Shown piece by piece: positions 23,516 to 33,860 of a stretch of DNA of 51,680 nucleotides. Position 1 is the first letter of the stretch. Each line of letters begins with the position of its first letter. Below the pieces are notes generated by a model. That model saw nothing but the letters and a program-made list of their open reading frames with translations. It was not told the DNA's origin and searched no databases. The DNA is from an uncultured beta proteobacterium (GTDB lineage: Bacteria; Pseudomonadota; Gammaproteobacteria; Burkholderiales; Rhodocyclaceae), in the NCBI GenBank assembly GCA_903922075.1, contig CAIXSK010000006.1, positions 1 to 51,680 on the forward strand, in the 5' to 3' direction. The position numbers and the translations under genes are program-made.

Positions 23516-24436
23516 TTACAGACACTCGAATTCGGCGATGTCGACGAGGGGGTCGTTGCCGGAATTGCCGAAGCTGATCCGGCCCTTGCCGTCGAGTTGA
23601 AGCTCGTGGCGCCGGATCATCACTTCCTGCCGTCCCGAGAGGGCGATGAAAGTTCCGTTGGTGCTGGTGTCGACGAGGTAGTAGCCGTCGCCGCGCCGTT
23701 CGACGCGGGCGTGCTGGCGCGATGCCTTGCGGTCGTCAACGACCAGCTTGTTGCTGAGGTCGCGGCCGATGGTCAGGACCGGTGTCTTGTCATCGAGCAG
23801 GAATGCCTTGCCGCGATAGCGGACGCACAGGCGTTCGAGTGGCAAACTGCCGTGATTCGCACCGAAGGTCGAATTCGGGAGCGATCCGGCGCCTTGGTAG
23901 CTCGGCCAGTGAATCTGGAACAGCGGCAGCGCTGTTCCTTCTTCGGGAACCGTGCCGAGTTTTGGCATGGGGTCGGCGGTAATGATGCTGGGCTGGGGTA
24001 GTTCATCGACCATCAGCGAACTGCACAGGATCTGGTCGCGCCGGGCGAGACCGGCGATACGGGCGGCCGTGGTGACGGCCGGACCGGTCAGCTTGTCACC
24101 GTCGTCGGCAACCGTGCCGACATGCAGGCCGATGCGGATGGTCAGCTTGAGGCCGGAAACGGGCGGCAGATCGGCGATCCGTTGCTGCATGTCGATGGCG
24201 GCCTGGCAGGCTTCCTCGCCGGATTCGAAGGCGCCGAGCAACTCATCGCCAACGATCTGGATCGTTCTACCCTTGTAGCCGTCGACGGAGCGTTTCATGC
24301 GCTTCAGGCAGCGCTCGACGGCATGCATGGCCTCCTTGTCCCCCAGCCGCTCGAACAGGGCGGTGCTGCCGGAGACGTCGGCGAACATCAAGATCAGTTT
24401 GCGTTGCGTGGAACTCATCGCCCGCCGCATATCCAT
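23516..24436 (-). CDS. Class III nucleotide cyclase domain plus FHA domain protein
   Basis: FADVSGST, VGDE, RIGLHVG, AARI; FHA motifs IGR, SRQHA, STNGT. Confidence 0.88.
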   Translation of the reverse strand: MDMRRAMSSTQRKLILMFADVSGSTALFERLGDKEAMHAVERCLKRMKRSVDGYKGRTIQIVGDELLGAFESGEEACQAAIDMQQRIADLPPVSGLKLTIRIGLHVGTVADDGDKLTGPAVTTAARIAGLARRDQILCSSLMVDELPQPSIITADPMPKLGTVPEEGTALPLFQIHWPSYQGAGSLPNSTFGANHGSLPLERLCVRYRGKAFLLDDKTPVLTIGRDLSNKLVVDDRKASRQHARVERRGDGYYLVDTSTNGTFIALSGRQEVMIRRHELQLDGKGRISFGNSGNDPLVDIAEFECL

Positions 24437-24481
24437 GGTTGTTTAACGGACCGATTATATGATGACCGCACGCCGAATGCA

Positions 24482-25345
24482 TTATGCGTTTTGGAGTAAA
24501 GGGATGGTTCCCATCATCGGTAGTTCGGGGCTGTCGAAGGCGATATCGCCTTCGGCGACGGGCGTATCGAGCGTCAAGCCGCGGAAGTCGAAGAGTGCAT
24601 TGTCGGCCAGGTGGGAGGGCACGATATTTTGCATGGCCGTGAATACCGATTCGGTGCGGCCGGGGTAGCGCTTGTCCCAGTCCTGCATCATTTCGCGGAT
24701 TTTCTGGCGCTGCAGGTTGTCCTGTGAGCCGCAGAGGTTGCAGGGGATGATCGGAAACTCCATGCCACGGGCGAATTTGGCGATGTCGGCTTCGGCGCAG
24801 TAGGCGAGCGGACGGATCACGACGTGGGCCTTGTCGTCGGTGACCAGCTTGGGCGGCATGGCTTTGATCTTGCCACCGAACAGCAGGTTGAGGAACAGCG
24901 TGTGCACCATGTCGTCGCGGTGATGGCCGAGGGCGATCTTGTTGGCGCCGAGTTCCTTGGCGGTGCGGTAGATGATGCCACGACGCAGGCGGGAGCACAG
25001 CGAGCAGGTCGTCTTGCCTTCGGGAATCTTTTCCTTGACCAGCGAATAGGTGTCGGCCTCGACGATGTGGTGCTTGATGCCGATCGATTCGAAATAGCGG
25101 GGCAGGATGTCGGCAGGAAAGCCGGGTTGCTTCTGATCGAGATTCATCGCAATCAGCCGGAACTTGACTGGGGCGCGCTGCTGCAGGGCCATCAGCATGG
25201 CGAGCAGGGTGTAGGAATCCTTGCCGCCGGAAACACAGACGAGGATGGTGTCGCCGTCCTCGATCATGTTGAAGTCCATGATCGCCTTGCCGGTGCGGCT
25301 TTCCAGGGATTTGCGAAGTTTTTGCAGGGTGTTCGAGGTGGTCAT
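24482..25345 (-). CDS. ttcA: tRNA 2-thiocytidine(32) synthetase
   Basis: [30 protein letters not shown]. Confidence 0.96.
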   Translation of the reverse strand: MTTSNTLQKLRKSLESRTGKAIMDFNMIEDGDTILVCVSGGKDSYTLLAMLMALQQRAPVKFRLIAMNLDQKQPGFPADILPRYFESIGIKHHIVEADTYSLVKEKIPEGKTTCSLCSRLRRGIIYRTAKELGANKIALGHHRDDMVHTLFLNLLFGGKIKAMPPKLVTDDKAHVVIRPLAYCAEADIAKFARGMEFPIIPCNLCGSQDNLQRQKIREMMQDWDKRYPGRTESVFTAMQNIVPSHLADNALFDFRGLTLDTPVAEGDIAFDSPELPMMGTIPLLQNA

Positions 25346-25402
25346 GGCGCCAGAGGGTCGGAGTACCAAGGGGAGAATGCTGCATGCCGGGCATATTCCC
25401 AG

Positions 25403-25436
25403 AATGCTACGGTCGGCCCCAAAAAAGCGGCTATTT
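25403..25436 (+). repeat. Dispersed motif copy (perfect core), intergenic upstream of ttcA
   Basis: AATGCTACGGTCG GCCCC AAAAAA GCGGC TATTT. Confidence 0.95.
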
Positions 25437-25478
25437 TACCTTTTCTCGGCCGCGTGAACCGTGATTTTCTTCGGTAAA

Positions 25479-27821
25479 TCAGTGGGTTCGGCAATAGGCG
25501 TCCAGCTTTTCCCGCAGTTCCTTGACCTTGATCGGCTTCGACAGATAGTCGTCCATGCCGGCCGCCAGGCAGGCGTCGCGGTCATCCTGCATGGCGGCGG
25601 CAGTCATCGCGATGATCGGCGTACGCGGCAGGTGCAGTTCGGCTTCCCGGGCGCGAATGTGCTCGGTCGCTTCGATGCCGCTCATGACGGGCATCTGCAT
25701 GTCCATCAAGACGACGTCAAAGGATTGGCGGCCCAGAATGTCGATGGCTTCTTGCCCGTTCTGGGCGAGCGTGGCCAGATGGCCCCATTTTTCAAGCAAT
25801 CCGAGGGCCAACTTCTGGTTGGTCGGATGGTCCTCGACCAGCAAAATGTTCAGCCTTGGCTGTGTTTCGTGCAGCGAGTGAGGGGTAATCCGCTGGCCCG
25901 GTGCCGACACGGATTGTTCGGTGAGTTGCAGTTCGACCGAGAAATGGAAAGTGCTGCCCTCGCCCAACTGGCTGTTTAGCCACATCCTGCCACCCATCAG
26001 CTCGACGAGGCGACGACAGATGGATAGACCGAGCCCGGTCCCGCCGTATTTGCGCGTGGTGGAGGTGTCTTCCTGCGCAAAGGCGTCGAAGATCAGATCC
26101 TGCTTGTCCTCGGCGATCCCAATGCCGGTGTCGCGCACCGCAAAATGGATGATTGCGTGCCCGTGTTGTTGGTGCATCAGATCGGTGCTCAGAATGATTT
26201 CACCGGTCTCGGTAAACTTGATGGCATTGCCCACCAGATTGACCAGGACTTGCCGGATCCGGCTGGGATCGCCCAGGACAAAGCGGGGCACGGTGTGTAT
26301 CACCTCGCTGATCAATTCGATACCTTTTTCGTGGGCGCGTATGGCCAGCGGTTTCAAGACATCGGCGATCAGGCGATGGAGGTCGAAGGAGATGTTTTCG
26401 ACCAGCAGCTTGCCGGCTTCGATCTTCGAGAAATCGAGGATGTCGTTGATCACTGTCAGCAAGGATTCAGCGGATGATTTGGCGATGCTCAGGTATTCCC
26501 TTTGCTCGGCGGTCAATTCCGTATCGAGCGCCAGATCGGTCATGCCGATCACCCCGTTCATCGGGGTCCGGATCTCGTGGCTCATGTTCGCCAGGAAATC
26601 GCTCTTGGCGCGGCTGGCAGCTTCCGCGGCCTCCTTGGCGCGGACGATCTCGCGTTCGGCCTGCTTGCGGTCGGTGATATCGACAATGACACCAAGCAGA
26701 GCGGAAACGCTGCCATCGCGGCGGGTCAGCACGGCCTTGCGGTAAATCGCGTCGTGAATCTCGCCATCGCAGCTATGCACCATGGCCTCGTACGATTGTG
26801 TGCCTTTGGCCGCGAACAGTTCGGCATCCTTCTCGACGTGAACGCGGGCATCCTCGGGCGACAGCAGGTCGTGCAGCGTGCGTCCGAGGTAATTTTCGCG
26901 ACGAATGTGGAAAAATTGTTCGAAGGCGCGGTTGAGGCGGATATAACCCCCGAGGGTGTCTTTCAGGTAGACCGGTAGCGGGATTGCCTCAAGCAGTTCC
27001 TCGACCAGGTGCAATTGCTCGGAAAGCTGTGTTTCCATGCGTTTGCGATCGGTAATGTCGGTCCGGATGGCGATGTACTGCTCCGGGACCCCCCGGTCGC
27101 CAAGCAGCGGCACGATAGTCGCGCTGACCCAGTAGAGATGACCTTCGCGGGCGCGATTGCAGATTTCACCCCGCCAGACTTGCCCGCCGGTGATGGTGTT
27201 CCACATGTCACGGAACAATTTTGCCGGGTGAGTGCCGGAATTGACAATACGGTGGTTCTGGCCGATCAGATCGGCCCTGGGGTAGCCGCTGATTTCACAG
27301 AAACGGTCGTTGGCATAAAGAATGATGCCGGCTGTATCGGTGATGCTGACGATGGCATGCTGATCGAGGGCGAATTTCTGATTGGCCAGTTCGCGGCGCC
27401 CCACTTCACTCTCGGCCACAAGGCCGGCGATGCGCCTGGAAAGGGCGGCAATATCCTCGTCGGCCAGCGTTGCTGACGCGTCGCCGGCCGAAGTATCCGG
27501 CAACAGGTCACGTAGCGTTTCGCGCATTGAGCGCAGCGCATGTTCGCGCGCGGCCAGCGACAAGCGAAGCTGTTCGTTGCTTTCAGACAATTCGGATGAG
27601 GAAAGCTCCAGACTGCGCGTGCGCAGATCGAGATCCCGCTCGTATTGCTCATAGCTTGCGTCCACCCTTGCCAGCAAGTCACCGAATCCCTTCAGAATCC
27701 CTTGCAGGGCCGGGTCGGCTGAGGTCGCGGCGGCGTCCATCGAAGTCAGCAGATCCGAGAGTTCGGATTCGCTGCCGACGCCCATGCTGCGTTTGAGCTG
27801 GCGCAGGAGATTCTTTTGCAT
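25479..27821 (-). CDS. Cytoplasmic PAS-PAS hybrid histidine kinase with receiver domain
   Basis: FLANMSHEIRTPMNG, NLVGNAIKFT, DTGIGI, GGTGLGL, DMQMP. Confidence 0.95.
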   Translation of the reverse strand: MQKNLLRQLKRSMGVGSESELSDLLTSMDAAATSADPALQGILKGFGDLLARVDASYEQYERDLDLRTRSLELSSSELSESNEQLRLSLAAREHALRSMRETLRDLLPDTSAGDASATLADEDIAALSRRIAGLVAESEVGRRELANQKFALDQHAIVSITDTAGIILYANDRFCEISGYPRADLIGQNHRIVNSGTHPAKLFRDMWNTITGGQVWRGEICNRAREGHLYWVSATIVPLLGDRGVPEQYIAIRTDITDRKRMETQLSEQLHLVEELLEAIPLPVYLKDTLGGYIRLNRAFEQFFHIRRENYLGRTLHDLLSPEDARVHVEKDAELFAAKGTQSYEAMVHSCDGEIHDAIYRKAVLTRRDGSVSALLGVIVDITDRKQAEREIVRAKEAAEAASRAKSDFLANMSHEIRTPMNGVIGMTDLALDTELTAEQREYLSIAKSSAESLLTVINDILDFSKIEAGKLLVENISFDLHRLIADVLKPLAIRAHEKGIELISEVIHTVPRFVLGDPSRIRQVLVNLVGNAIKFTETGEIILSTDLMHQQHGHAIIHFAVRDTGIGIAEDKQDLIFDAFAQEDTSTTRKYGGTGLGLSICRRLVELMGGRMWLNSQLGEGSTFHFSVELQLTEQSVSAPGQRITPHSLHETQPRLNILLVEDHPTNQKLALGLLEKWGHLATLAQNGQEAIDILGRQSFDVVLMDMQMPVMSGIEATEHIRAREAELHLPRTPIIAMTAAAMQDDRDACLAAGMDDYLSKPIKVKELREKLDAYCRTH

Positions 27822-27831
27822 GGCTGGCTGT

Positions 27832-28974
27832 TCAGTCTTCGCCCAAGCAGGTGACGGTCATCGTCTGGTTGTGCAGCTTGCACGACGCACCAGGGGTAAA
27901 CGGGCTGATTTCGCCATAGGAATAGAAGCCGGTCAGGATGGAATTGTTGCCCAGCACCTCGCCGACGGCCTCGACTTCCTCGTCGACCCGGCTACCCATG
28001 ACCAGTTTGCGGCCGACGCAACTGACCAGAATGGCCAGGGACTGATCGGCCCCCCGGGACGTGGCGGAAGCGGCCCGCGCTGCAGCTTCGGCGCCGTTGA
28101 CCAGTTTGTCGGTACTGGCATGCATCAGCCTCAGGTAGCCGTTGGGGTCTATCTCGCCAGCCAGGGTCAGGCTGCCATTGCTCTCGTCGACGCCCAGGAT
28201 GGTGCGGATCAGGCCAACGGCGTTGTGATCCTCGCCGAGCATGGCGAACGGAAAAAGCAGGCCGGAAGCCGGCAAGTCCTTCGCAGATTCGCCGAGATAG
28301 CGCTTGTAGATACCCAGTGCTGACTCGCCGTCCAGTTCGTAAAGCACGTTTCCATCACTGCGCGTCACCTTGCGGGCCGGCCCGAATGCTTCCCAGCCGC
28401 CGAAGGAGCCGTGGTCAAAGCGCAGACCCTCGCCGCAGAGTCCAACGGCCACCACTCTGTCGTGGGTGACGCCATCGCGGCCGAGCGTCCAGGTTTCGCG
28501 GAAAGCGCCGCCATCACCGGCCAGGCCGCCGGTAATCGGAATGGCATCGCCGATCACGCTGGCCATGCCATTGACCAGCGCGCTGCCATTGATCTGCACG
28601 CCCGGTCCGAAAATCAGCACTGCCTTGAGTCCGGCAGTGGCAAGCTGCTGGCCGAGCCGTTCGCCGGCTGCGAACGAATCGTCCATCCCCGACAGCCGGG
28701 TGCTGCCCTCGGTCAGCGCGACCCGATCAAACTTGATCGCAGTGATCGAACAGGTTCCATCATCGACGCCCTCCGGCGTGATCTCTCCAGCCGTTGAACA
28801 ACCGAGCAGTTGGGCCTGCGGAAAGCGCTGGTGCAGGGCATCGCTCAGTCCCGGCGCCGTGATCAGTTCAATGCTCCCAAAGAGCAGCAGCAGATCGGCG
28901 GCATGGCTGCCCAAGCGGTCCAGCGCAGAAGGCAATTCGGCCGCTTTTCGGAGAACGATTTGTTGGACGTGCAT
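27832..28974 (-). CDS. FIST-domain (NosP-like) sensor
   Basis: GCSTAGEI, GGLAGD, SCVGRK, GFYSYGEI, LHNQTMT. Confidence 0.92.
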   Translation of the reverse strand: MHVQQIVLRKAAELPSALDRLGSHAADLLLLFGSIELITAPGLSDALHQRFPQAQLLGCSTAGEITPEGVDDGTCSITAIKFDRVALTEGSTRLSGMDDSFAAGERLGQQLATAGLKAVLIFGPGVQINGSALVNGMASVIGDAIPITGGLAGDGGAFRETWTLGRDGVTHDRVVAVGLCGEGLRFDHGSFGGWEAFGPARKVTRSDGNVLYELDGESALGIYKRYLGESAKDLPASGLLFPFAMLGEDHNAVGLIRTILGVDESNGSLTLAGEIDPNGYLRLMHASTDKLVNGAEAAARAASATSRGADQSLAILVSCVGRKLVMGSRVDEEVEAVGEVLGNNSILTGFYSYGEISPFTPGASCKLHNQTMTVTCLGED

Positions 28975-29069
28975 TTGGGAATTCTGCCTTTGGAGTAGAC
29001 TCGAAAAATAGCATATGGCTCGAAGAAATTCTTGCCGAAATCGTAAAATTGATACTTTTTGAATTTGTC

Positions 29070-30230
29070 ATGAACAATCTGCCGATACCGACACCCGAGG
29101 CACAGGTCCACAGCCAGCGTTTGCAACAAGCCATCGTGGAGGAAATAGCGGCAGCCGGCGGTTGGCTCTCTTTTTCCCGCTTCATGGAACAGCTGCTCTA
29201 CGCGCCGGGGCTGGGCTATTACACGGCCGGGGCCCGGAAATTCGGCGCAGCGGGCGACTTCGTCACGGCACCGGAGTTGACGGCATTGTTCGGTCAGGCG
29301 CTGGCCCGGCAGCTTGCACAGGTAATGGCTGATTCGGCGCCGATAGTGCTCGAAGTGGGCGCCGGTTCAGGGCGTCTCGCTGTCGATCTCCTGCTCGCGC
29401 TGGAGCAGATGGGGTGCCTGCCCGACCACTATTTCATTCTCGACCTCTCCGCTGACCTTCGCCAGCGCCAGCAACAGCACATCGCTACGGCCGCACCTCA
29501 CCTGCTCGCCCGGGTCGCATGGCTCGATGGCCTGCCGGAGGAATTCTCCGGCGTCGTCGTCGCCAACGAGTTGCTGGATGCCATGCCGGCCTCTATCGTT
29601 GCCTGGCGGGAGGATGGCATCCATGAGCGTGGCGTCAGTTGCGATGCCGGCGGCGGGTTCAAGTGGAACGAACGTCTGGCCAGCGGCGCCCTGCTCCAGG
29701 CCGCCGAAGAAATCGGCGCGCAATGCAGTCTGCCGCCCGGTTTCGAAAGCGAGATCAGTCTCGCCGTCCGGGCCTGGTCTTCTGAATGGGGGCATCGGCT
29801 GAAGAAAGGCGCGCTGCTGTTGATCGATTACGGCTTCCCCCGCCGAGAGTTCTACCACCAGCAAAGGGGGCGTGGAACGCTGATGTGCCATTACCGCCAT
29901 CATGCCCATCCAGATCCCTTCTACCTGCCCGGTTTGCAGGATGTGACAGTCCATGTCGATTTCACCTCGGTGATTGCCGCCGCCCATGCGACCGGACTGG
30001 ACCTCCTGGGTTACACCAGCCAGGGGCAGTTCCTGCTCAACTGCGGGATCCTCGACCGGTTGGCGGGGATTACCAACGGCACGCCGGAATACGTCCGGGC
30101 TACCGGCGCGGTCAACACGTTGTTGATGCCGCACGAGATGGGCGAATTGTTCAAGGTGATCGCCATCGGTCGCGGCATCGACGAGCCGCTGCTGGGTTTT
30201 GCCAGTGGGGATCAGGGCTGGCGGCTGTAG
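29070..30230 (+). CDS. MidA/NDUFAF7-family SAM-dependent methyltransferase
   Basis: GDFVTAPE, EVGAGSG, ANELLDA, IDYG, QDVTVHVDF, EMGELFKV. Confidence 0.92.
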   Translation: MNNLPIPTPEAQVHSQRLQQAIVEEIAAAGGWLSFSRFMEQLLYAPGLGYYTAGARKFGAAGDFVTAPELTALFGQALARQLAQVMADSAPIVLEVGAGSGRLAVDLLLALEQMGCLPDHYFILDLSADLRQRQQQHIATAAPHLLARVAWLDGLPEEFSGVVVANELLDAMPASIVAWREDGIHERGVSCDAGGGFKWNERLASGALLQAAEEIGAQCSLPPGFESEISLAVRAWSSEWGHRLKKGALLLIDYGFPRREFYHQQRGRGTLMCHYRHHAHPDPFYLPGLQDVTVHVDFTSVIAAAHATGLDLLGYTSQGQFLLNCGILDRLAGITNGTPEYVRATGAVNTLLMPHEMGELFKVIAIGRGIDEPLLGFASGDQGWRL

Positions 30231-30358
30231 ACCGGTTCGAGTGCTTGGCTTCGCGATTCGCCAAACATGAAAGCTGGTCTTCTATCGCTGCGGTTGCCAC
30301 CTAACCCGTGGCGCAAATCGGCACCTTCAACCAGTTCTGCCAAATACGCAGCAGACCG

Positions 30359-31333
30359 TTAACGCTTGGCGAGTTCGCGGAAGCGGTTGCTCTGGCCTAT
30401 GACCAGACGGCCGAAATCCTCGAGCAGAGCCTGGTCGATAGCCTGCGGGCGGAGCGTGTAAAGTGCGCTCCCCAGACGTTCCAGGTTGCGTGTCTCAAGC
30501 AGGATGAGGCCTTTTGTGAAATCGGCCCGCCAGCGGGCGCTGACACTGATATCGCTGGCGATCTGGAAGTCGGCGCGCTCGACATAGCTGCGTTCGTTTT
30601 TGAATTCCTTGCAGTTGAATGCCAGGCCAAAATCGAACAGCGTGGTCCGGAAGCGTTCGACAGAAGGGCCGTCGCGCTCCACATGTAGCGCACCTCCGCC
30701 CTTCAGGCGGTACGAGAAAGTGACCAGCTCGACCAGAGCACCAGCGCTTTGGCTCTGGGTCCGATAGTCGGCGAACCCTTCCTGCCAGGTCAGGCGATCC
30801 AGAACAGTCTGTTCGACCAGAGGGAAATCGCGTGGAATGGCTGGCTTGACGATGTTCAGTTGCTGCACCAGCTCGTGCAGGTAGAAAAACACGTGCTTCA
30901 GCGCCTGGTCAATGCCTTCGTTGGTCGAAGTGCGTTCGGCCAGGGCGCTATTGTTTTCGCGCTGGCGCAATTCTGCCTGCTGGCGTAGCTGGTCGAGCAG
31001 GCTGCCGCTACCCGCCGGTTTGTCCGGTGGCAACGGCGTGACGGAGGGAGTGTCGGGGGTGGCCGTTTTTGCGGAATCGGACGTGGCTGCCGAACGGGCT
31101 GGCGCGATTTCGGGAAAAACGAGCGTCGGATCTGCCATGCCCGCGCCGGAGTTGGCCAGATATTCCCGCCGCGCCCGCCGCTCGGCCGCATCGAGATCGA
31201 AATTCTCGATATCGGCCAGCAAAGAGGCTTCCAGTTCGGCAATATCCTTGAGCGTGCGGTCCTTGCGATCGCGTTTGGCGCGGATCGCTTCAACAATCGC
31301 AGATAGTGGAGCGGATTTTTCAGATTTGCTCAT
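30359..31333 (-). CDS. Hypothetical protein (coiled-coil N-terminus, Pro/Thr-rich linker)
   Basis: Long ORF with plausible composition; no family recognised. Confidence 0.7.
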   Translation of the reverse strand: MSKSEKSAPLSAIVEAIRAKRDRKDRTLKDIAELEASLLADIENFDLDAAERRARREYLANSGAGMADPTLVFPEIAPARSAATSDSAKTATPDTPSVTPLPPDKPAGSGSLLDQLRQQAELRQRENNSALAERTSTNEGIDQALKHVFFYLHELVQQLNIVKPAIPRDFPLVEQTVLDRLTWQEGFADYRTQSQSAGALVELVTFSYRLKGGGALHVERDGPSVERFRTTLFDFGLAFNCKEFKNERSYVERADFQIASDISVSARWRADFTKGLILLETRNLERLGSALYTLRPQAIDQALLEDFGRLVIGQSNRFRELAKR

Positions 31334-31396
31334 TGAACTGGTAAATATATCGACTACACTGTCGTTATGATGTGACTGAATTGGAGCTGGCGCAAG

Positions 31397-31588
31397 ATGG
31401 ATATCTCTTCCGTAGGCAGTTTGACAAGCGCTCTGTCGCAAACCCGAAGCGGCGATGCGGTGAGTACCTTGGTTCTCAAGAAAGCTATCGACATTCAGGA
31501 GCAGAGCGCGATACAGCTGCTGCAAACTTTGCCGCCGGTTGCAAGCAATCCGCCCAATCTCGGCAACAGCGTCGATATCAAGGTCTGA
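31397..31588 (+). CDS. YjfB-family putative motility protein
   Basis: MDISS…VLKKAIDIQ…LGNSVD; GGAG RBS. Confidence 0.8.
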   Translation: MDISSVGSLTSALSQTRSGDAVSTLVLKKAIDIQEQSAIQLLQTLPPVASNPPNLGNSVDIKV

Positions 31589-32384
31589 TTTCCGCCAGCC
31601 AGTTGTGCAAGGTGGCCGCTACGAGCGGCCATTCCTTTTCATGGGTCACCGCGTGGCCCATCCCCCGGAAGATATGGGCGTGCTGCCCGTAAGTCTGGGC
31701 GGTTGTCTGGACCAGAAAGGCCGGTACCAGGACATCCTGTTCTGCGCCGAGAATCAGCATCGGCGGCTTGTGCATGGCGTACAGGTTGGGCAGGTTGAAC
31801 ATCGACATGTCCCACAGCGCCCGGTGCGATTCGGGTTGCATGCGGGTCAGCCAGGCGGCCAGCATCGCTTGGTCCACCTCTCCGGCGAACAGCGCTTCGT
31901 GTAGCGTGTCGGTATCGGTGTATTGCCCTTCCATGATCCGGTTGATTTCGAGGAACAACTGCGGCTTTTGCAGCATCAGGTGAAACTGCGAGGCGACCAG
32001 ACCTTGCGGTGGCACCGAACATAGCAGCACGACGGCCGGCGCCTGGTGATGTTCCAAGTATTTCTGGACGACGAATCCGCCCATTGAATGGCCGATCAGC
32101 ACGGGGGGCTCTTCAAGCCAGTCGACGATGTTTTTGATGTCCTCGACGTAATCGGCGATCGAGTGCCAGTCGATATGTTCGCGCCCGCTACTGCCACCAT
32201 GGCCGCGCAGCGACAGGGCATAACAGGGGTGTCCCACTTCGGCGAGGAAGGGCATGAAGGTTTCGGTCCACATCCAGCCACCGGCGAAGGCGCCGTGGAT
32301 GAACAGCAGCGGTTGCCGGGTGGTCTTGCCGACGGGAAGACAGGAGAAGACTTCGAGGCCTTCGACGATTTGAGTTTTGAGCAT
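31578..32384 (-). CDS. Alpha/beta-fold hydrolase
   Basis: IHGAF, SLRGHG, GHSMGG, GMGH. Confidence 0.9.
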   Translation of the reverse strand: MLKTQIVEGLEVFSCLPVGKTTRQPLLFIHGAFAGGWMWTETFMPFLAEVGHPCYALSLRGHGGSSGREHIDWHSIADYVEDIKNIVDWLEEPPVLIGHSMGGFVVQKYLEHHQAPAVVLLCSVPPQGLVASQFHLMLQKPQLFLEINRIMEGQYTDTDTLHEALFAGEVDQAMLAAWLTRMQPESHRALWDMSMFNLPNLYAMHKPPMLILGAEQDVLVPAFLVQTTAQTYGQHAHIFRGMGHAVTHEKEWPLVAATLHNWLAEIRP

Positions 32385-32445
32385 GGCTGCCTGTTGGGGG
32401 TGAGGCGTGATTTAATGCGCGTTTCACCGAGCGGTGCTAGGCAAA

Positions 32446-32643
32446 ATGCTGAAGTGGATACTGACGCTGGTTATTGCAATTTTCTTGCTGGGCATCATCG
32501 GCCCGCATCTGGCGCGTTTTATTCGGTTCGGCAAACTGCCGGGGGATTTCGCCTTCCGCTTTCGTGGTCGGGACTACACTTTTCCGGTCGCCACGGCGAT
32601 TGTGTTCTCATTGTTGCTCTGGCTACTCTCCCGCCTCATTTAG
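32446..32643 (+). CDS. DUF2905 small membrane protein
   Basis: FGKLPGDF, FPVATAIVFSLLL. Confidence 0.85.
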   Translation: MLKWILTLVIAIFLLGIIGPHLARFIRFGKLPGDFAFRFRGRDYTFPVATAIVFSLLLWLLSRLI

Positions 32644-33846
32644 CAGTTGTTTGACGGCACGGACCCGGGCGGCATGGATGCGTTCAGGGATTTTTGCCTT
32701 GTCGGTACAGGTCCCGGCGATTTTTCCTGCCTCGACGGCATTGACCGTAGCAAGTGCGGCCAACAGGTAGGCTGGACTGTCGTAGGGACGATTTTCCCAG
32801 CCGAGGCGCCCCGTATAGTCGCACAGGCAGGCGTCGAGCAGTTGCCGGAAGCGCTCCGGGCGGCGCAGCGCGTCGGTTTTCTCGAACAGCGTGACGATGG
32901 TGCTTGCCTTCAGATCCGCGGAACGATGGATGTTGCCGTGATAACGGGCCATCAGCAGGGCCAGATCGCGGCAATCATTGGGTATCCGCAGACGGTCGCA
33001 TAGCCGGTCGGACAGGCGCACGCTGCGTTCCTCGTGGCCGATGTGGCGGGGCAGGATGTCGGCCGGCGTTTCAGCCTTGCCGAGATCGTGGGTAAGTGCC
33101 GAGAAACGTACCGGCAAAGCGAAATTCCGCTTGGCCGACTGGTCAAGGACCATCATCGTGTGGATGCCGGTATCGATTTCCGGGTGGTAGTCGGCGCGTT
33201 GCGGAATACCGAACAGGGCGTCGACTTCCGGCAACAGCCGGGCCAGTGCCCCGCAGTCACGCAACACCTCGAACATCCGGGACGGCCGGCTTTCCATCAG
33301 TCCTTTGGCCAATTCCTGCCAGACGCGCTCGGCAACCAGATGGTCGACTTCGCCGCCGACAACCATGTCGCACATCAGGGCCAGCGTTTCCGGGGCGACC
33401 GAAAAATCGCTGAAGCGCGAGGCAAAACGGGCGATGCGCAAGATACGCACGGGGTCTTCGCCAAAGGCTGGGCCGACGTGGCGCAGGACTTTGGCCGAAA
33501 GATCGCGTTGGCCGTGGAAGGGATCGATCAACGTGCCGTCGGCCGCCTTGGCCATGGCGTTGATGGTCAGGTCGCGGCGGGCGAGGTCTTCTTCGAGCGT
33601 GACGTCCGGCGCAGCGTGAAAGGAGAAGCCATGATAGCCGTGTCCGGTCTTGCGCTCGGTGCGGGCCAGCGCGTATTCGTCTTGAGTTTGCGGGTGCAGG
33701 AAAACCGGGAAATCTTTGCCGACCGGCCGGAAGCCTTGTGCCAGCATGGCTTCCGGAGTAGCACCGACGACCACGTAATCGTGATCGGCGTTGGGTCGGC
33801 CGAGCAGTTCGTCACGGACGGCACCGCCGACGAGGTATGTCTGCAC
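32623..33846 (-). CDS. cca: Multifunctional CCA-adding enzyme with HD domain
   Basis: YLVGGAVRD, DHDYVV, ALARTERK, RRDLTINA, EDPVRILR, HDLGK. Confidence 0.97.
   Translation of the reverse strand: MQTYLVGGAVRDELLGRPNADHDYVVVGATPEAMLAQGFRPVGKDFPVFLHPQTQDEYALARTERKTGHGYHGFSFHAAPDVTLEEDLARRDLTINAMAKAADGTLIDPFHGQRDLSAKVLRHVGPAFGEDPVRILRIARFASRFSDFSVAPETLALMCDMVVGGEVDHLVAERVWQELAKGLMESRPSRMFEVLRDCGALARLLPEVDALFGIPQRADYHPEIDTGIHTMMVLDQSAKRNFALPVRFSALTHDLGKAETPADILPRHIGHEERSVRLSDRLCDRLRIPNDCRDLALLMARYHGNIHRSADLKASTIVTLFEKTDALRRPERFRQLLDACLCDYTGRLGWENRPYDSPAYLLAALATVNAVEAGKIAGTCTDKAKIPERIHAARVRAVKQLLNEAGE
32721..32754 (-). repeat. Degenerate motif copy (core 10/13) in cca
   Basis: Reverse strand CTTGCTACGGTCA ATGCC GTCGAG GCAGG AAAAA. 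Confidence 0.55.
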
Positions 33847-33860
33847 GGCCGGGAATACAG

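Noticed and set aside
32752-32760. AAGTGCGGC resembling the Haemophilus USS core
   Set aside because: Single imperfect occurrence without a USS tail; chance
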